Shown piece by piece: positions 45,744-55,445 of a stretch of DNA of 59,053 bases; positions within the stretch are counted from its first letter, which is position 1, and the number at the start of each line of letters is the position of its first letter. The stretch comes from an uncultured Qipengyuania sp. Lineage in GTDB: Bacteria > Pseudomonadota > Alphaproteobacteria > Sphingomonadales > Sphingomonadaceae. Location: assembly GCA_964407585.1 (NCBI GenBank), contig CAYOWF010000001.1:1-59053 (forward strand), in the 5' to 3' direction. The position numbers and the translations under genes are program-made. The notes beneath the pieces were generated by a model. That model searched no databases. It was given only the letters and a program-made list of their open reading frames with translations, and was not told where the DNA came from.

Positions 45744-45893
45744 CCATTCGTCGATTGGACGGCGCGTGCAGCGTGCCGTTCAACGCGCATTAAGCGCCCG
45801 GGCGCAGTCTGGAGCGCGGAACCGCAGGCGCGCGGCTGCATAGCTATACCGTGTGCCGAATTGCGGACGATCAAGAGGATTATTGAAAAGGAC

Positions 45894-47435
45894 GTGAAGC
45901 CAGTGCGATATGCCTATTCCGTAACCGCCACCCTGCTTGCCGGTGGTGCCGCCCTTTCGCTTGCCGGGTTCCCGGCCGGAGCGCAGGTCGCCCAGAACGA
46001 CGATTCGCAAATGGCCCGCGTGGTTCCGCGTGCCGGCGCTCCCGAAAGCTTCGCCGATCTCACCGAGCAATTGCAGCCGGCCGTCGTCAACATCTCGACG
46101 CGCCAGCGCATCGAGGTGCAGTCAAACGGCGGCAATCCCTTCGCGGGGACGCCCTTCGAAGGCCTTTTCAACCGTCGCCGCGGCCAGCAGCAGGATGACG
46201 AGCCGCAATTCCGTGAAGGCCAGTCGCTGGGATCGGGATTCATCATCTCGGCGGACGGTTATGTCGTCACCAACAATCACGTCGTCAGCCCCAATGGGCG
46301 CGGCTCCGTTACCGAGATCACCGTGACCCTGCCCGACGGCACCGAATACGAAGCCGAGCTAGTCGGGACCGACCCGCAGTCGGACCTTGCCGTGCTCAAG
46401 GTGAATCGCGGCGAAGCCTTTCCTTTCGTGAAATTCGGCGATTCCTCCCAGGCCCGCGTGGGCGACTGGGTCATCGCCATCGGCAACCCCTTCGGCCTCG
46501 GCGGCACGGTTACCAGCGGTATCGTGTCGAGCGTGCTGCGCAACACCGGCGGCGGGGCCTACGACCGGTATCTGCAAACCGACGCCAGCATCAATCGCGG
46601 CAATTCCGGCGGCCCTCTGTTCGACATGCAGGGCAATGTCATCGGCATCAACAACGCCATCATCTCGCCGACCGGAGGCAGCGTGGGCATCGGCTTCGCC
46701 ATTCCCGCGGAAACGGCCGAACCCATCGTCGACATGCTGGTCCGCGGCGTGGAGATCGAACGTGGCTATCTCGGCATCCAGATCCAGCCGGTAAGCGACG
46801 ATGTCGCGTCGTCACTGGGTCTGCGGCGCAATCGCGGTGAGATCGTCCAGATGGTGCAGCCGGGTGAAGCAGCCGCGCGTGCGGGGATCGAGCCGGGCGA
46901 TATCGTGCTGTCGGTCAATGGCCGCGACGTAACGCCCGACCAGACGCTGTCTTACTTGGTCGCGAATATCGCGCCGGGCACCACCGTTCCGCTCGAAGTC
47001 ATTCGCGACGGAGAACGCCGCCGCCTGAATGTCACCGTTGGTAAACGCCCAAGCGAGGAAGAACTGCGCCAGAGCCAGATGTTCGATCCCGACGCCGAAC
47101 CCGACGACGAAATGGCGCCGAGCGACAATGAAGTGATCGAGGAAAGCCTCGGCCTTCAGGTACTCCCGCTGACGGCGACGATCGCCCGCCAGTTGGGCGC
47201 GAGCCCCGATACGCGCGGTCTCGTAGTGGCATCGGTCGACCAGAATTCGGACGCGGCGCGCAAGGGTCTCCAGCGCGGCGACATCATCCTGACGGCGAAC
47301 TACCGCCCGATGGTCGAAGTGGCCGATCTGGAGAAAACCATTCGCGGTGCACAGGCCGACGATCGCGATGCCGTGCTGCTGCGCGTACAGCGCCGCGGTG
47401 GCAGCCCAAGCTATATCGCAGTGCGGATGCGCTAG
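45894..47435 (+). CDS. degP: Do/DegP family periplasmic serine endoprotease (2 PDZ domains)
   Basis: GSGF, TNNHV, DLAVLK, QTDASIN.GNSGGPL; follows hflKC; start GTG 45894. Confidence 0.92.
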   Translation: MKPVRYAYSVTATLLAGGAALSLAGFPAGAQVAQNDDSQMARVVPRAGAPESFADLTEQLQPAVVNISTRQRIEVQSNGGNPFAGTPFEGLFNRRRGQQQDDEPQFREGQSLGSGFIISADGYVVTNNHVVSPNGRGSVTEITVTLPDGTEYEAELVGTDPQSDLAVLKVNRGEAFPFVKFGDSSQARVGDWVIAIGNPFGLGGTVTSGIVSSVLRNTGGGAYDRYLQTDASINRGNSGGPLFDMQGNVIGINNAIISPTGGSVGIGFAIPAETAEPIVDMLVRGVEIERGYLGIQIQPVSDDVASSLGLRRNRGEIVQMVQPGEAAARAGIEPGDIVLSVNGRDVTPDQTLSYLVANIAPGTTVPLEVIRDGERRRLNVTVGKRPSEEELRQSQMFDPDAEPDDEMAPSDNEVIEESLGLQVLPLTATIARQLGASPDTRGLVVASVDQNSDAARKGLQRGDIILTANYRPMVEVADLEKTIRGAQADDRDAVLLRVQRRGGSPSYIAVRMR

Positions 47436-47458
47436 GTCTTCCACTACTCTACACATTG

Positions 47459-47492
47459 AAAAGCCCTCCCGGTTCGCGCCGGGAGGGCTTTT
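47459..47492. terminator. Bidirectional Rho-independent terminator
   Basis: AAAAGCCCTCCCGG-TTCGCG-CCGGGAGGGCTTTT. Confidence 0.88.
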
Positions 47493-47509
47493 CAGCATCT
47501 CGTCAGCTT

Positions 47510-49762
47510 TTAGTCGGGTGAACGGGTCGCGGTGGGCGTAGGCCTGGGCTGGTCGCGACCGATGACCCCGTCGAGGAAATCGTCGTCCACCGCTTGCGGC
47601 GCACCGTCCGCACCGCGACCGGTGGGCGACTGCGGGCGCGGTCCGGGGATACGCTGGGGCTGGCCTGGCGGGCGCGGACGCATGCCATCTTCGCCCCCGC
47701 TCGCGCCGTCGCGGTCATCCGGGAAAGGAATGACGCCGCCGGGACCTTCGCTGCGACCCGGCTCGATCAGATTGCCCTGCTCGTCGATATAGTAATAATC
47801 GTCGGGATCGCCGAAGAAGAAATCGTCTTCCTCGTCGATCTGCCATTCGGGCAGCTGCAATTCGGTATCGAACTCTTCGACCGGGCGGTCCTTCACCGCA
47901 TAGCGCATGAAGGCGGCAAAGGCCTGCGCCGGCGCACGGCCACCCTGCAGCCCGCCGACGCGGCGGTTGTCGTCGCGGCCCATCCATACGCCGGTAGTCA
48001 CGCCCGACGAGAAGCCGACGAAATACCCGTCCTTGTTCGAACTGGTGGTTCCGGTCTTGCCCGCCACCGGACGCCCGATCTGCGCCGCCCGGCCCGTACC
48101 GGTCTGGACGGCCGTCTGAAGGAGATCGGTGATGCCCCGTGCGACATGGTCGGGCACGAGCTGCGTGCTGCGTGCGCGATTGTGCTGGTAAAGCGTTTCG
48201 CCTTCCGCCGTGGTCACCTTGACGATGCCATAGGGTTCGACCGATGCACCGCCGGCGGACACGGCCGCAAAGGCGCGCGTCATGTCGAGCAGGCGCACCT
48301 CGTTCGAGCCAAGCACCATCGCCGGATAGGTGTTGATCGGAGTGGTAATGCCGAAGCGACGCGCCATCGAGGCGACGGCGCTGAAGCCGACTTCATTGCC
48401 AAGCTGGGCGGCGACCGTGTTCACCGAATAGGCGAATGCGGTGCGCAGATTGGTCTCGCCGATATTGCGACCGTTCGAATTGCGCGGGCTCCAGCCGCCG
48501 ATCGAAACGGGCGTATCAACGACCCGGTCTTCGGGCGTGTAACCTGCCTCGAGCGCAGCGAGGTAGACGAACAGCTTCCAGCTCGAACCGGGCTGGCGCA
48601 GCGCATTGGTGGCACGATTGTAATTGGTTTCGACGTAATCCGTCCCGCCGACGAGGGCTAGGATGGCCCCGTCGCGGTCGAGGCTGACGAGTGCGCCCTG
48701 CGCTCCGTCCGGGGCATTGCCGGCGATCGCCGCAGTCGCCGCTTTCTGCATGCCCGGATCGAGCGTGGTCCAGACCTCGATCGGTTCGAAGGTTTCGGGC
48801 AACAGCAGGTCGAGTTGCGGAAGCGCCCAGTCGGTGAAATAGCGGACCGAATTGGTGCCGGTTTCCTGCTTGAGTTTCACCGCCGAGACATCGACCCGCG
48901 CTTCGCTCGCGCTGATCTTGCCCTGCTCGCGCATAAGGCGCAGCACCACGCCGGCCCGAGCGACGGCGGCATCTACATCGGCGGTCGGCGAATAGCGGCT
49001 CGGAGCCTTCACCAGCCCTGCGATAATGGCGGCTTCGCCGGTCGAAAGCTCCGTGGCGGGATGGCTGAAGAATTTCCGGCTCGCCGAATCGATGCCATAG
49101 GCGCCACCGCCGAAATAGACCTTGTTCAGGTAGAGCTCGAGGATCTGCTCCTTGGAGAATTTCCATTCGAGCGCCATCGCCAGCACCGCTTCGCGCAGTT
49201 TGCGGTCCAGCGTCCGATTGGAATTGAGGAAGACGTTGCGTGCCAGCTGCTGGCTGATCGTCGACGTGCCGCCGACCCGCGAACGCTCTCCGGTCATACC
49301 TTCGATAACGGCTCCCGTCAGACGTACCGGATCGACTCCGAAATGCGAATAATACCGCTTGTCTTCGGTCGCGATCATCGCATCCTTCATGACCTGCGGG
49401 ATCTGATCAGAAGTGATCCACTTACCATAGCTGGGTCCAAGTTCGACCAGCTCCGACCCGTCGCGCGCGCGCACGACGATGGTCTGCGCGTTCTGGGTTG
49501 CCTTGAGCTGATAATAGCTGGGCAGCGAACGCGCCGCGAAAGCGATCGCGATGCCAAGAAAGACGAGCCCGAGGATGGCCAGGCCGCCTCCCCATAGGGA
49601 AATACGCCTGGCCCAGAATTTCACACGGCTGTAATCGCGCTTGCCTTCCGCTTCGGCCCTGGCGGCCCTGGCGGCCCGCTTGGAGCTTTTGCGGCGGCTG
49701 CCTCTTTTATCCATTCGCTGGCGTATCCCTCGTGTCCGGCTGCGCTGCCCTATATCGGCCAC
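47510..49762 (-). CDS. Class A penicillin-binding protein (PBP1A family); start uncertain
   Basis: EDKRY..HFGVD, GTSTISQQLARN, RK..E, YLN.VYFG; transpeptidase SSWK, SVN, KTG. Confidence 0.93.
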   Translation of the reverse strand: MADIGQRSRTRGIRQRMDKRGSRRKSSKRAARAARAEAEGKRDYSRVKFWARRISLWGGGLAILGLVFLGIAIAFAARSLPSYYQLKATQNAQTIVVRARDGSELVELGPSYGKWITSDQIPQVMKDAMIATEDKRYYSHFGVDPVRLTGAVIEGMTGERSRVGGTSTISQQLARNVFLNSNRTLDRKLREAVLAMALEWKFSKEQILELYLNKVYFGGGAYGIDSASRKFFSHPATELSTGEAAIIAGLVKAPSRYSPTADVDAAVARAGVVLRLMREQGKISASEARVDVSAVKLKQETGTNSVRYFTDWALPQLDLLLPETFEPIEVWTTLDPGMQKAATAAIAGNAPDGAQGALVSLDRDGAILALVGGTDYVETNYNRATNALRQPGSSWKLFVYLAALEAGYTPEDRVVDTPVSIGGWSPRNSNGRNIGETNLRTAFAYSVNTVAAQLGNEVGFSAVASMARRFGITTPINTYPAMVLGSNEVRLLDMTRAFAAVSAGGASVEPYGIVKVTTAEGETLYQHNRARSTQLVPDHVARGITDLLQTAVQTGTGRAAQIGRPVAGKTGTTSSNKDGYFVGFSSGVTTGVWMGRDDNRRVGGLQGGRAPAQAFAAFMRYAVKDRPVEEFDTELQLPEWQIDEEDDFFFGDPDDYYYIDEQGNLIEPGRSEGPGGVIPFPDDRDGASGGEDGMRPRPPGQPQRIPGPRPQSPTGRGADGAPQAVDDDFLDGVIGRDQPRPTPTATRSPD

Positions 49763-49825
49763 AAACTGTCATGGCGAGACGGAACCTCCGGTGAACACAC
49801 AGTCGCAGGGGAGAAAGAAGCCGGC

Positions 49826-50224
49826 TCAATCCTCGGGCTCGAAGTCGAGCGCAGCGGAGTTGATGCAATAGCGCAGGCCCGTTTCGCCCGGACCGTCCGG
49901 AAAGACATGGCCGAGATGGCCTTCGCATTTCGAGCACACGACCTCGGTGCGGACCATGCCATGGCTGACATCGCGATGCGCCTCGACCGCCTCGTCGGCG
50001 GCGGGTGCGGTGAAGCTGGGCCACCCCGAGCCACTGTCGTATTTCGTCTCGCTATCGAACAGCAATTGCCCGCAGGCGGCGCAATGATATTCGCCTTCCG
50101 CCTTGTTCTTGTCGTACTTGCCGGTGAAGGCGCGCTCGGTCCCCTTCTCGCGCAGTACGTGATACTGTTCGGGCGAGAGTTTCGCGCGCCATTCCTCTTC
50201 GGTCATATCGAGCTTGTCGGTCAC
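49826..50224 (-). CDS. msrB: Peptide-methionine (R)-S-oxide reductase
   Basis: [38 protein letters not shown]; start GTG 50224. Confidence 0.96.
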   Translation of the reverse strand: MTDKLDMTEEEWRAKLSPEQYHVLREKGTERAFTGKYDKNKAEGEYHCAACGQLLFDSETKYDSGSGWPSFTAPAADEAVEAHRDVSHGMVRTEVVCSKCEGHLGHVFPDGPGETGLRYCINSAALDFEPED

Positions 50225-50306
50225 TTCTTGTCCTTTCCTGGGCGCATTCCCATATAGTGGCAACAGGGCGCGTTGAAGCCTGTTCCGCTTTCGCTCGACG
50301 ATTAGC

Positions 50307-50335
50307 TTGACGATTCGGGCATCGCTGGCTAAGTG
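50307..50335 (+). promoter_or_regulatory. Putative sigma70 promoter of rpsT
   Basis: TTGACG-N17-TAAGTG. Confidence 0.5.
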
Positions 50336-50423
50336 CGCCGCTTTCCGGCGGTCCTACCGCCTTTTTCGACACGCCCAACAGAATTTTTCGCCGCTCATTG
50401 CTGCGGCCCGACCGAGGACAGAT

Positions 50424-50684
50424 ATGGCCAATACGCCGCAAGCCAAGAAGCGCATTCGTCGCAACAATCGCCGTGCCGAAATCAACACGGCGCGCATGAG
50501 CCGCATTCGCGGTTTCGTGAAGAAGGTCGAGACGGCCTGCGAAGCAGGTGACAAGGACGCTGCCCAGACCGCACTCAAGAATGCCCAGCCCGAACTGGCT
50601 CGCGGTGTTGCTCGCGGCGTGATGCACAAGAACACCGCATCGCGGAAACTGAGCCGCCTGACCAAGCGCGTCGCTGCGCTCTGA
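50424..50684 (+). CDS. rpsT: 30S ribosomal protein S20
   Basis: [12 protein letters not shown]...[11 protein letters not shown]; GAGG RBS. Confidence 0.97.
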   Translation: MANTPQAKKRIRRNNRRAEINTARMSRIRGFVKKVETACEAGDKDAAQTALKNAQPELARGVARGVMHKNTASRKLSRLTKRVAAL

Positions 50685-51139
50685 TTCGGCTCCGGCTGCA
50701 GCCGGAAATCCAATTTCCCGAGGGGGTCGTCGCACCATGCGTCGGCCCCCTTGTCGTATTTGCGTTGCAGTCCAAAACCAATGCGCAACAATTCCGCAAC
50801 CTAAGTCACGCAAATCCCGCGATTCGCATGGTATCGCAGATCAATATTCCTTATTTTCAGACACATGAACGGACGCCTGCGGCCTTGCGGCGAGTCAACA
50901 AGTTTATTTCAGATTTTTTGCACTTATCCCCCTTGCGACTCATCCCGACTGCGACTTAGAAAATAGCTCTGCTCGGGGGGGACAGCCCGAGTTTTCACAT
51001 CGATGGCCAATGGGGAGGGACCACCCGTGAATCAACCGATTCCGGGGAAGGGCGGAGCCGTGCCTACGCTCCCGAAGAGGGCCATTTCGAAGTATGATAT
51101 AATGGCGACCGGTCCGGTCGCCTCGGGGGAATTATTGCG

Positions 51140-52597
51140 ATGACTAAAGTGGGCGGGCATCCGGGCAAGCGGAAGGCAAACAACGAAATGGAAGATCTCG
51201 ATGCGGTGAACCTGGCAGCGGATTGGGCAGACATCAGCCAGGGGCTTCGCAAGGATCTGGGGCACCAGCTTCACAGCCAGTGGATCAAGCCGATCCAGCT
51301 GGGCAAGATCGATACCGAAACCGGTACGCTCGACCTTTACCTCCCGACCGAATTCAGCGCCAACTGGGTCAAGGATCGTTTCGCCGACAGGCTGAGCCTC
51401 GCATGGAAAATCGCCCGTAGCGAAGTGCGCAAAGTCGCCATCTCGGTCCATCCTGGCCGGCGCCAGGTCGCCGACCTTCGGCTCCACAACGACGGTCGCC
51501 GCGCCGCCAACGATGCCGACACCTCGATGATGGCGATCGGTGCCGATACGCTGGGCGATGCGGGCTTCACCTCCTCGGTCGGCCTCGACGCCTCGCTGAC
51601 CTTCGCCGCTTTCGTGACCGGCGAAGCGAACATCCTTGCCTTCAACGCCGCGCAGCGCATGGCGGCGACCGAGAAGCCGCAGTTCAGCCCGCTCTACCTC
51701 AAGGCCGCCACCGGCCAGGGCAAGACGCACCTGCTGCACGCCATCGGCCACACCTTCCTCCAGACGCACAGCCGCAGCCGCATCTTCTACTGCAGCGCAG
51801 AGCGTTTCATGGTCGAATTCGTCCAGGCCCTGAAGGCCAACCGGATGATCGAATTCAAGGCCCGCCTGCGCAGCTTCGACCTGCTGCTGGTCGACGATAT
51901 CCAGTTCATCATCGGCAAGGCTTCCGCACAGGAGGAACTGCTCTACACGATCGATGCGCTGCTGGCCGAAGGTAAGCGCCTCGTCTTCGCCGCCGACCGC
52001 GCGCCGCAGGCTCTCGACGGCGTCGAGCCGCGACTCCTTTCGCGCCTTTCGATGGGCCTGGTGGCCGACATCCAGCCGGCCGACATCGAACTGCGCAAGA
52101 AGATCCTGCACTCCAAGCTGAGCAAGTTCGCTCCGCTCGCCGTGCCCGAGGACGTCCTCGACTTCCTCGCCCGCACCATCACGCGCAACGTGCGCGAACT
52201 GGTCGGCGGCCTCAACAAGCTGATCGCCTATGCCCAGCTTACGGGCCAGGAGGTCTCGCTCCAGCTGGCCGAAGAACAGCTGACCGACATCCTCTCGGCC
52301 AATCGCCGCCGGATCACGATCGACGAGATCCAGCGCACGGTATGCCAGTTCTACCGGATCGACCGCAGCGAAATGTCGAGCAAGCGCCGCGCGCGTGCAG
52401 TGGTCCGCCCGCGCCAGGTGGCAATGTACCTGTCCAAGGTGCTCACCCCGCGCAGCTACCCGGAAATCGGCCGCAAGTTCGGCGGGCGAGACCATTCGAC
52501 AGTCATCCACGCCGTGCGCCTGATCGAGGACCTGCGCCAGCGCGATGCCGACATGGATGGAGACGTGCGCAGCCTGCTGCGTCAGCTGGAAAGCTGA
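51140..52597 (+). CDS. dnaA: Chromosomal replication initiator DnaA (start 51140 or 51188)
   Basis: PLYL...TGQGKTHL, LLVDDIQF, RL.SR, NVREL.G, PRQVAMYL, GGRDHSTVIHA. Confidence 0.97.
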   Translation: MTKVGGHPGKRKANNEMEDLDAVNLAADWADISQGLRKDLGHQLHSQWIKPIQLGKIDTETGTLDLYLPTEFSANWVKDRFADRLSLAWKIARSEVRKVAISVHPGRRQVADLRLHNDGRRAANDADTSMMAIGADTLGDAGFTSSVGLDASLTFAAFVTGEANILAFNAAQRMAATEKPQFSPLYLKAATGQGKTHLLHAIGHTFLQTHSRSRIFYCSAERFMVEFVQALKANRMIEFKARLRSFDLLLVDDIQFIIGKASAQEELLYTIDALLAEGKRLVFAADRAPQALDGVEPRLLSRLSMGLVADIQPADIELRKKILHSKLSKFAPLAVPEDVLDFLARTITRNVRELVGGLNKLIAYAQLTGQEVSLQLAEEQLTDILSANRRRITIDEIQRTVCQFYRIDRSEMSSKRRARAVVRPRQVAMYLSKVLTPRSYPEIGRKFGGRDHSTVIHAVRLIEDLRQRDADMDGDVRSLLRQLES

Positions 52598-52709
52598 ACG
52601 ATTAACCCCCGGCCCTTCGGTCCGCAATCACGCTGAGGGGGGTGCTGTTCGACAGGCCTGGCGCAGAGGCCTGTCGACAGTTCGCCAACATGGTGCCAAC
52701 AGGCTGCCC

Positions 52710-53150
52710 ATGAGCCTGTCCACAGACGGCCGTGGCGTGCCCGGCCAGCCCTACGAATTGCCTGCAATCCTCGCACAATGCCTGTGGCGCGGGACACTCT
52801 GCCGCTGCCCGCGATGCGGGAAAGGCAGGCTGTTCCGTCGCTGGCTCAAACCGGTCGAGGCTTGCGAAGCCTGCGCGCTGGATATTTCCGGCCAGCGTGC
52901 CGACGACCTGCCCGCCTATATCGGCATTTTCGTCACCGGACATCTTCTCGCCCCGGTTATCATCGCGCTGGTAACCGGTTTCGCGCTTTCGGCATGGACC
53001 CTGCTCGCCATCGTCATCCCCGTTGCAATCGTGATGCTCATCGGGCTGCTACAGCCATCCAAGGGTGCCGTAATCGCGGTGCAATGGTGGAACGGCATGC
53101 ACGGCTTCCGCAAAGAACGCCGAGAGACAGGCAGTGAGGTGCCCCTGTGA
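52710..53150 (+). CDS. DUF983 family membrane protein
   Basis: RCPRCG.G.LF, C..C, ADD.PAY, two TM helices, KG...A.QW. Confidence 0.88.
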   Translation: MSLSTDGRGVPGQPYELPAILAQCLWRGTLCRCPRCGKGRLFRRWLKPVEACEACALDISGQRADDLPAYIGIFVTGHLLAPVIIALVTGFALSAWTLLAIVIPVAIVMLIGLLQPSKGAVIAVQWWNGMHGFRKERRETGSEVPL

Positions 53151-53926
53151 GTGCGCTGGGCAAGGACCGGCTCGACCGCTTTGCGCGCCATATCGTCTTG
53201 CCCGAAGTCGGCGGAGCGGGGCAGGCTGCACTGGCGCGTAAGCATGTCGTTTTGGTCGGTCTCGGCGGGATCGGCAGCCCGGCGCTGCAATATTTGGCGG
53301 CGGCGGGCATCGGGAAGCTTACACTGGTCGACGACGACAAGGTCGATGCCAGCAACCTCCAACGCCAGACGCTTTATAACGAGCGCGATATCGGCCACGG
53401 CAAGGCGACTTCGGCGAAGCGCTGGGTGACGCTGTTCGACCCGGCGCTCGACGTAGAGATCAGCGATCGCCGGATCGATTCGCGGAGCGCAGCGGCGCTC
53501 GTCGAAGGCGCAGATCTCGTGCTCGACGGCACCGACAATTTCGCCACGCGCCTATCGGTATCCGATGCCTGCGTGAAGGCGGGCGTGCCGTTGCTCTCGG
53601 CGGCGGTAGGCCGCTTTCAGGGCCAGGTCGGTGCCTTTGCAGGCCACCTTCCGGACGAGGCCTGTTATCGCTGCTTCGTGGGCGATGCCTTCGACGCCGA
53701 CGATTGCGACACCTGCGCCGAAGATGGAATGCTCGGCGCGATGGCGGGTTGGGTCGGCAGCTTTGCCGCACTCCACGCCGTGCGCGTACTGCTCGACGGG
53801 GTCAGCGCCTATGGCGATCCGCAATGGAGCCGCGTGCACCTGCTCGACGGGATGAAGCCGGGCATGCGGCAGTTCGCCATCGCCAAGGATCCGGAGTGCA
53901 AGGGGTGCGGAGTGCAGGCAAGCTGA
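53147..53926 (+). CDS. moeB: HesA/MoeB/ThiF family adenylyltransferase
   Basis: RFARHI.L.E.G..GQ, GLGGIG, SNLQRQ, DGTDN, CYRC, C.EDG, KDPECKGC. Confidence 0.9.
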   Translation: MSALGKDRLDRFARHIVLPEVGGAGQAALARKHVVLVGLGGIGSPALQYLAAAGIGKLTLVDDDKVDASNLQRQTLYNERDIGHGKATSAKRWVTLFDPALDVEISDRRIDSRSAAALVEGADLVLDGTDNFATRLSVSDACVKAGVPLLSAAVGRFQGQVGAFAGHLPDEACYRCFVGDAFDADDCDTCAEDGMLGAMAGWVGSFAALHAVRVLLDGVSAYGDPQWSRVHLLDGMKPGMRQFAIAKDPECKGCGVQAS

Positions 53927-53953
53927 TTGCCCGATCGTTGGCGATTCACCGCG

Positions 53954-54166
53954 CTATTCATCATCTGCGAGCTGGAACAGGTTCTCGACCGGAACTTCGA
54001 AAAAACGGGCAATCTTCAGTGCAATGATCGTTGACGGAATAAAGCGCCCGACTTCGACCGTACTGATCGTCTTGCGGGAGACGCCAATGGCTTCGGCCAA
54101 GTCCGCCTGGCTCATATGCCGCTCGGCGCGATAAGCACTGATGCGATTGCTCAGCCGGTCATTCAT
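53954..54166 (-). CDS. XRE/Cro family HTH transcriptional regulator
   Basis: 70 aa; MSQADLAEAIGVSRKTI..VE.GR..PS..IALKIA..F.V.VE.LF. Confidence 0.92.
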   Translation of the reverse strand: MNDRLSNRISAYRAERHMSQADLAEAIGVSRKTISTVEVGRFIPSTIIALKIARFFEVPVENLFQLADDE

Positions 54167-54639
54167 TCTTCGTCGCCAGGATCAAAGGAGGCGCGGCTTG
54201 AATTGTCGATTACGAAAAATGACGCGGCAAAGGCGGTCAGCGCGAAGACAATCACTAGGTCGATTGCTGTCTTGGCAGTGATTTGCGCAAGGATCTTGTT
54301 GTCCAAGACATTGAGAATAATCAAGAATACCATCGTCAGCGAGAATGCAGAGAAAGTTGCCTGTCTGAATGACAAGTTCGAAAATCCTTCCGGCGAGTCC
54401 CGCCCTGTGGGCCGTCCCCCGCGAGATTTAAGGAAAAGTAGCGCAGGGAGATATCCGAGCAGCAGCAGGAGCCCCAGTAGGATCTGGCCATAGCCAAGGA
54501 GGTCGGCCAGTGCTTCGGATACGAAGACTTCGACAACGTTCACAGAGTAGACGAGCGCCGCAAGTCCGGCCCCTGCCGCGGTAAGAGTCGCAAGGCTATC
54601 GCTTGCCTCGGCTGAATTGCGCGGACGGGAAAACGGCAT
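54163..54639 (-). CDS. Hypothetical 4-TM membrane protein coupled to the XRE regulator
   Basis: Four hydrophobic segments, GGAG RBS, ATGA overlap with HTH gene, lower GC. Confidence 0.75.
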   Translation of the reverse strand: MPFSRPRNSAEASDSLATLTAAGAGLAALVYSVNVVEVFVSEALADLLGYGQILLGLLLLLGYLPALLFLKSRGGRPTGRDSPEGFSNLSFRQATFSAFSLTMVFLIILNVLDNKILAQITAKTAIDLVIVFALTAFAASFFVIDNSSRASFDPGDEE

Positions 54640-54781
54640 ACATCATCTCCAAGCCTTGATTTGATACCCACGGGTTACATTATGATACCTTAGAGTGTCA
54701 AGGATCGACGCTTGAAAATCCGCCCCGCCCAAATCCGGATTCCAGACTTCTTCGCGCGAGGGCCCCGGCAGCCGATCGAAT

Positions 54782-55435
54782 TCAGGCTCCGGCATCCCTC
54801 AGGATCGCGGCACGCAATTCCCCGACCCCCAGGCCCTTCTCGCTGCTCGTCACGTGGATGTGGGGGAAGGCGGCGACGTGTTTCTTCGCCTCGGCCTCGA
54901 CCGCCTCGACGGTCTTCGCCAGCTCGCTCGCCTTGATCTTGTCGGCCTTGGTCAGGACCACGCGGTAGCCAACGGCGGCTTCGTCGAGCATCTTCATCAT
55001 CTCGCGATCGACGTCCTTCAGCCCGTGGCGACTGTCGACCAGCACGAGGTTGCGAACCAGAACCTGCCGTCCGCGCAGATAGGTCCGCACGAGATTCTTC
55101 CACTTCTCGACCACCTTCACCGGGGCCTTGGCGAATCCGTATCCGGGCATGTCCACCAGGCGAAACCGGGTCGGCTCGCCGACTTCGAAGAAATTCAGTT
55201 CCTGCGTACGCCCCGGAGTCACCGAGGTGCGCGCGATCGCCTTGCGGCCGGTCAGCGCGTTGAGCAGCGAGCTTTTGCCGACATTCGAGCGCCCCGCAAA
55301 GGCGATCTCGGGCACGGTCGGGTCGGGCAGGAATTTCAGTTGCGGCGCAGAGAGGAGGAATTCCACCCGGCCCGAAAACAGCTTCCTTGCACGCCGTTCC
55401 AGTTCGGCCAGTTCGGCGGCTTCCTCTTCGGTCAT
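54782..55435 (-). CDS. yihA: Ribosome biogenesis GTPase YihA/YsxC
   Basis: GRSNVGKSS, PGRTQ, DMPGYG, TKADK, TSS. Confidence 0.96.
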   Translation of the reverse strand: MTEEEAAELAELERRARKLFSGRVEFLLSAPQLKFLPDPTVPEIAFAGRSNVGKSSLLNALTGRKAIARTSVTPGRTQELNFFEVGEPTRFRLVDMPGYGFAKAPVKVVEKWKNLVRTYLRGRQVLVRNLVLVDSRHGLKDVDREMMKMLDEAAVGYRVVLTKADKIKASELAKTVEAVEAEAKKHVAAFPHIHVTSSEKGLGVGELRAAILRDAGA

Positions 55436-55445
55436 CGCCTGCGCC

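Noticed and set aside
45779-45793. TTCA-N7-TTAA CtrA-like site upstream of degP
   Set aside because: Single mismatched site; insufficient without conservation data.
50685-51139. oriC next to dnaA
   Set aside because: No consensus DnaA-box array; characterised alphaproteobacterial origins usually lie near hemE.
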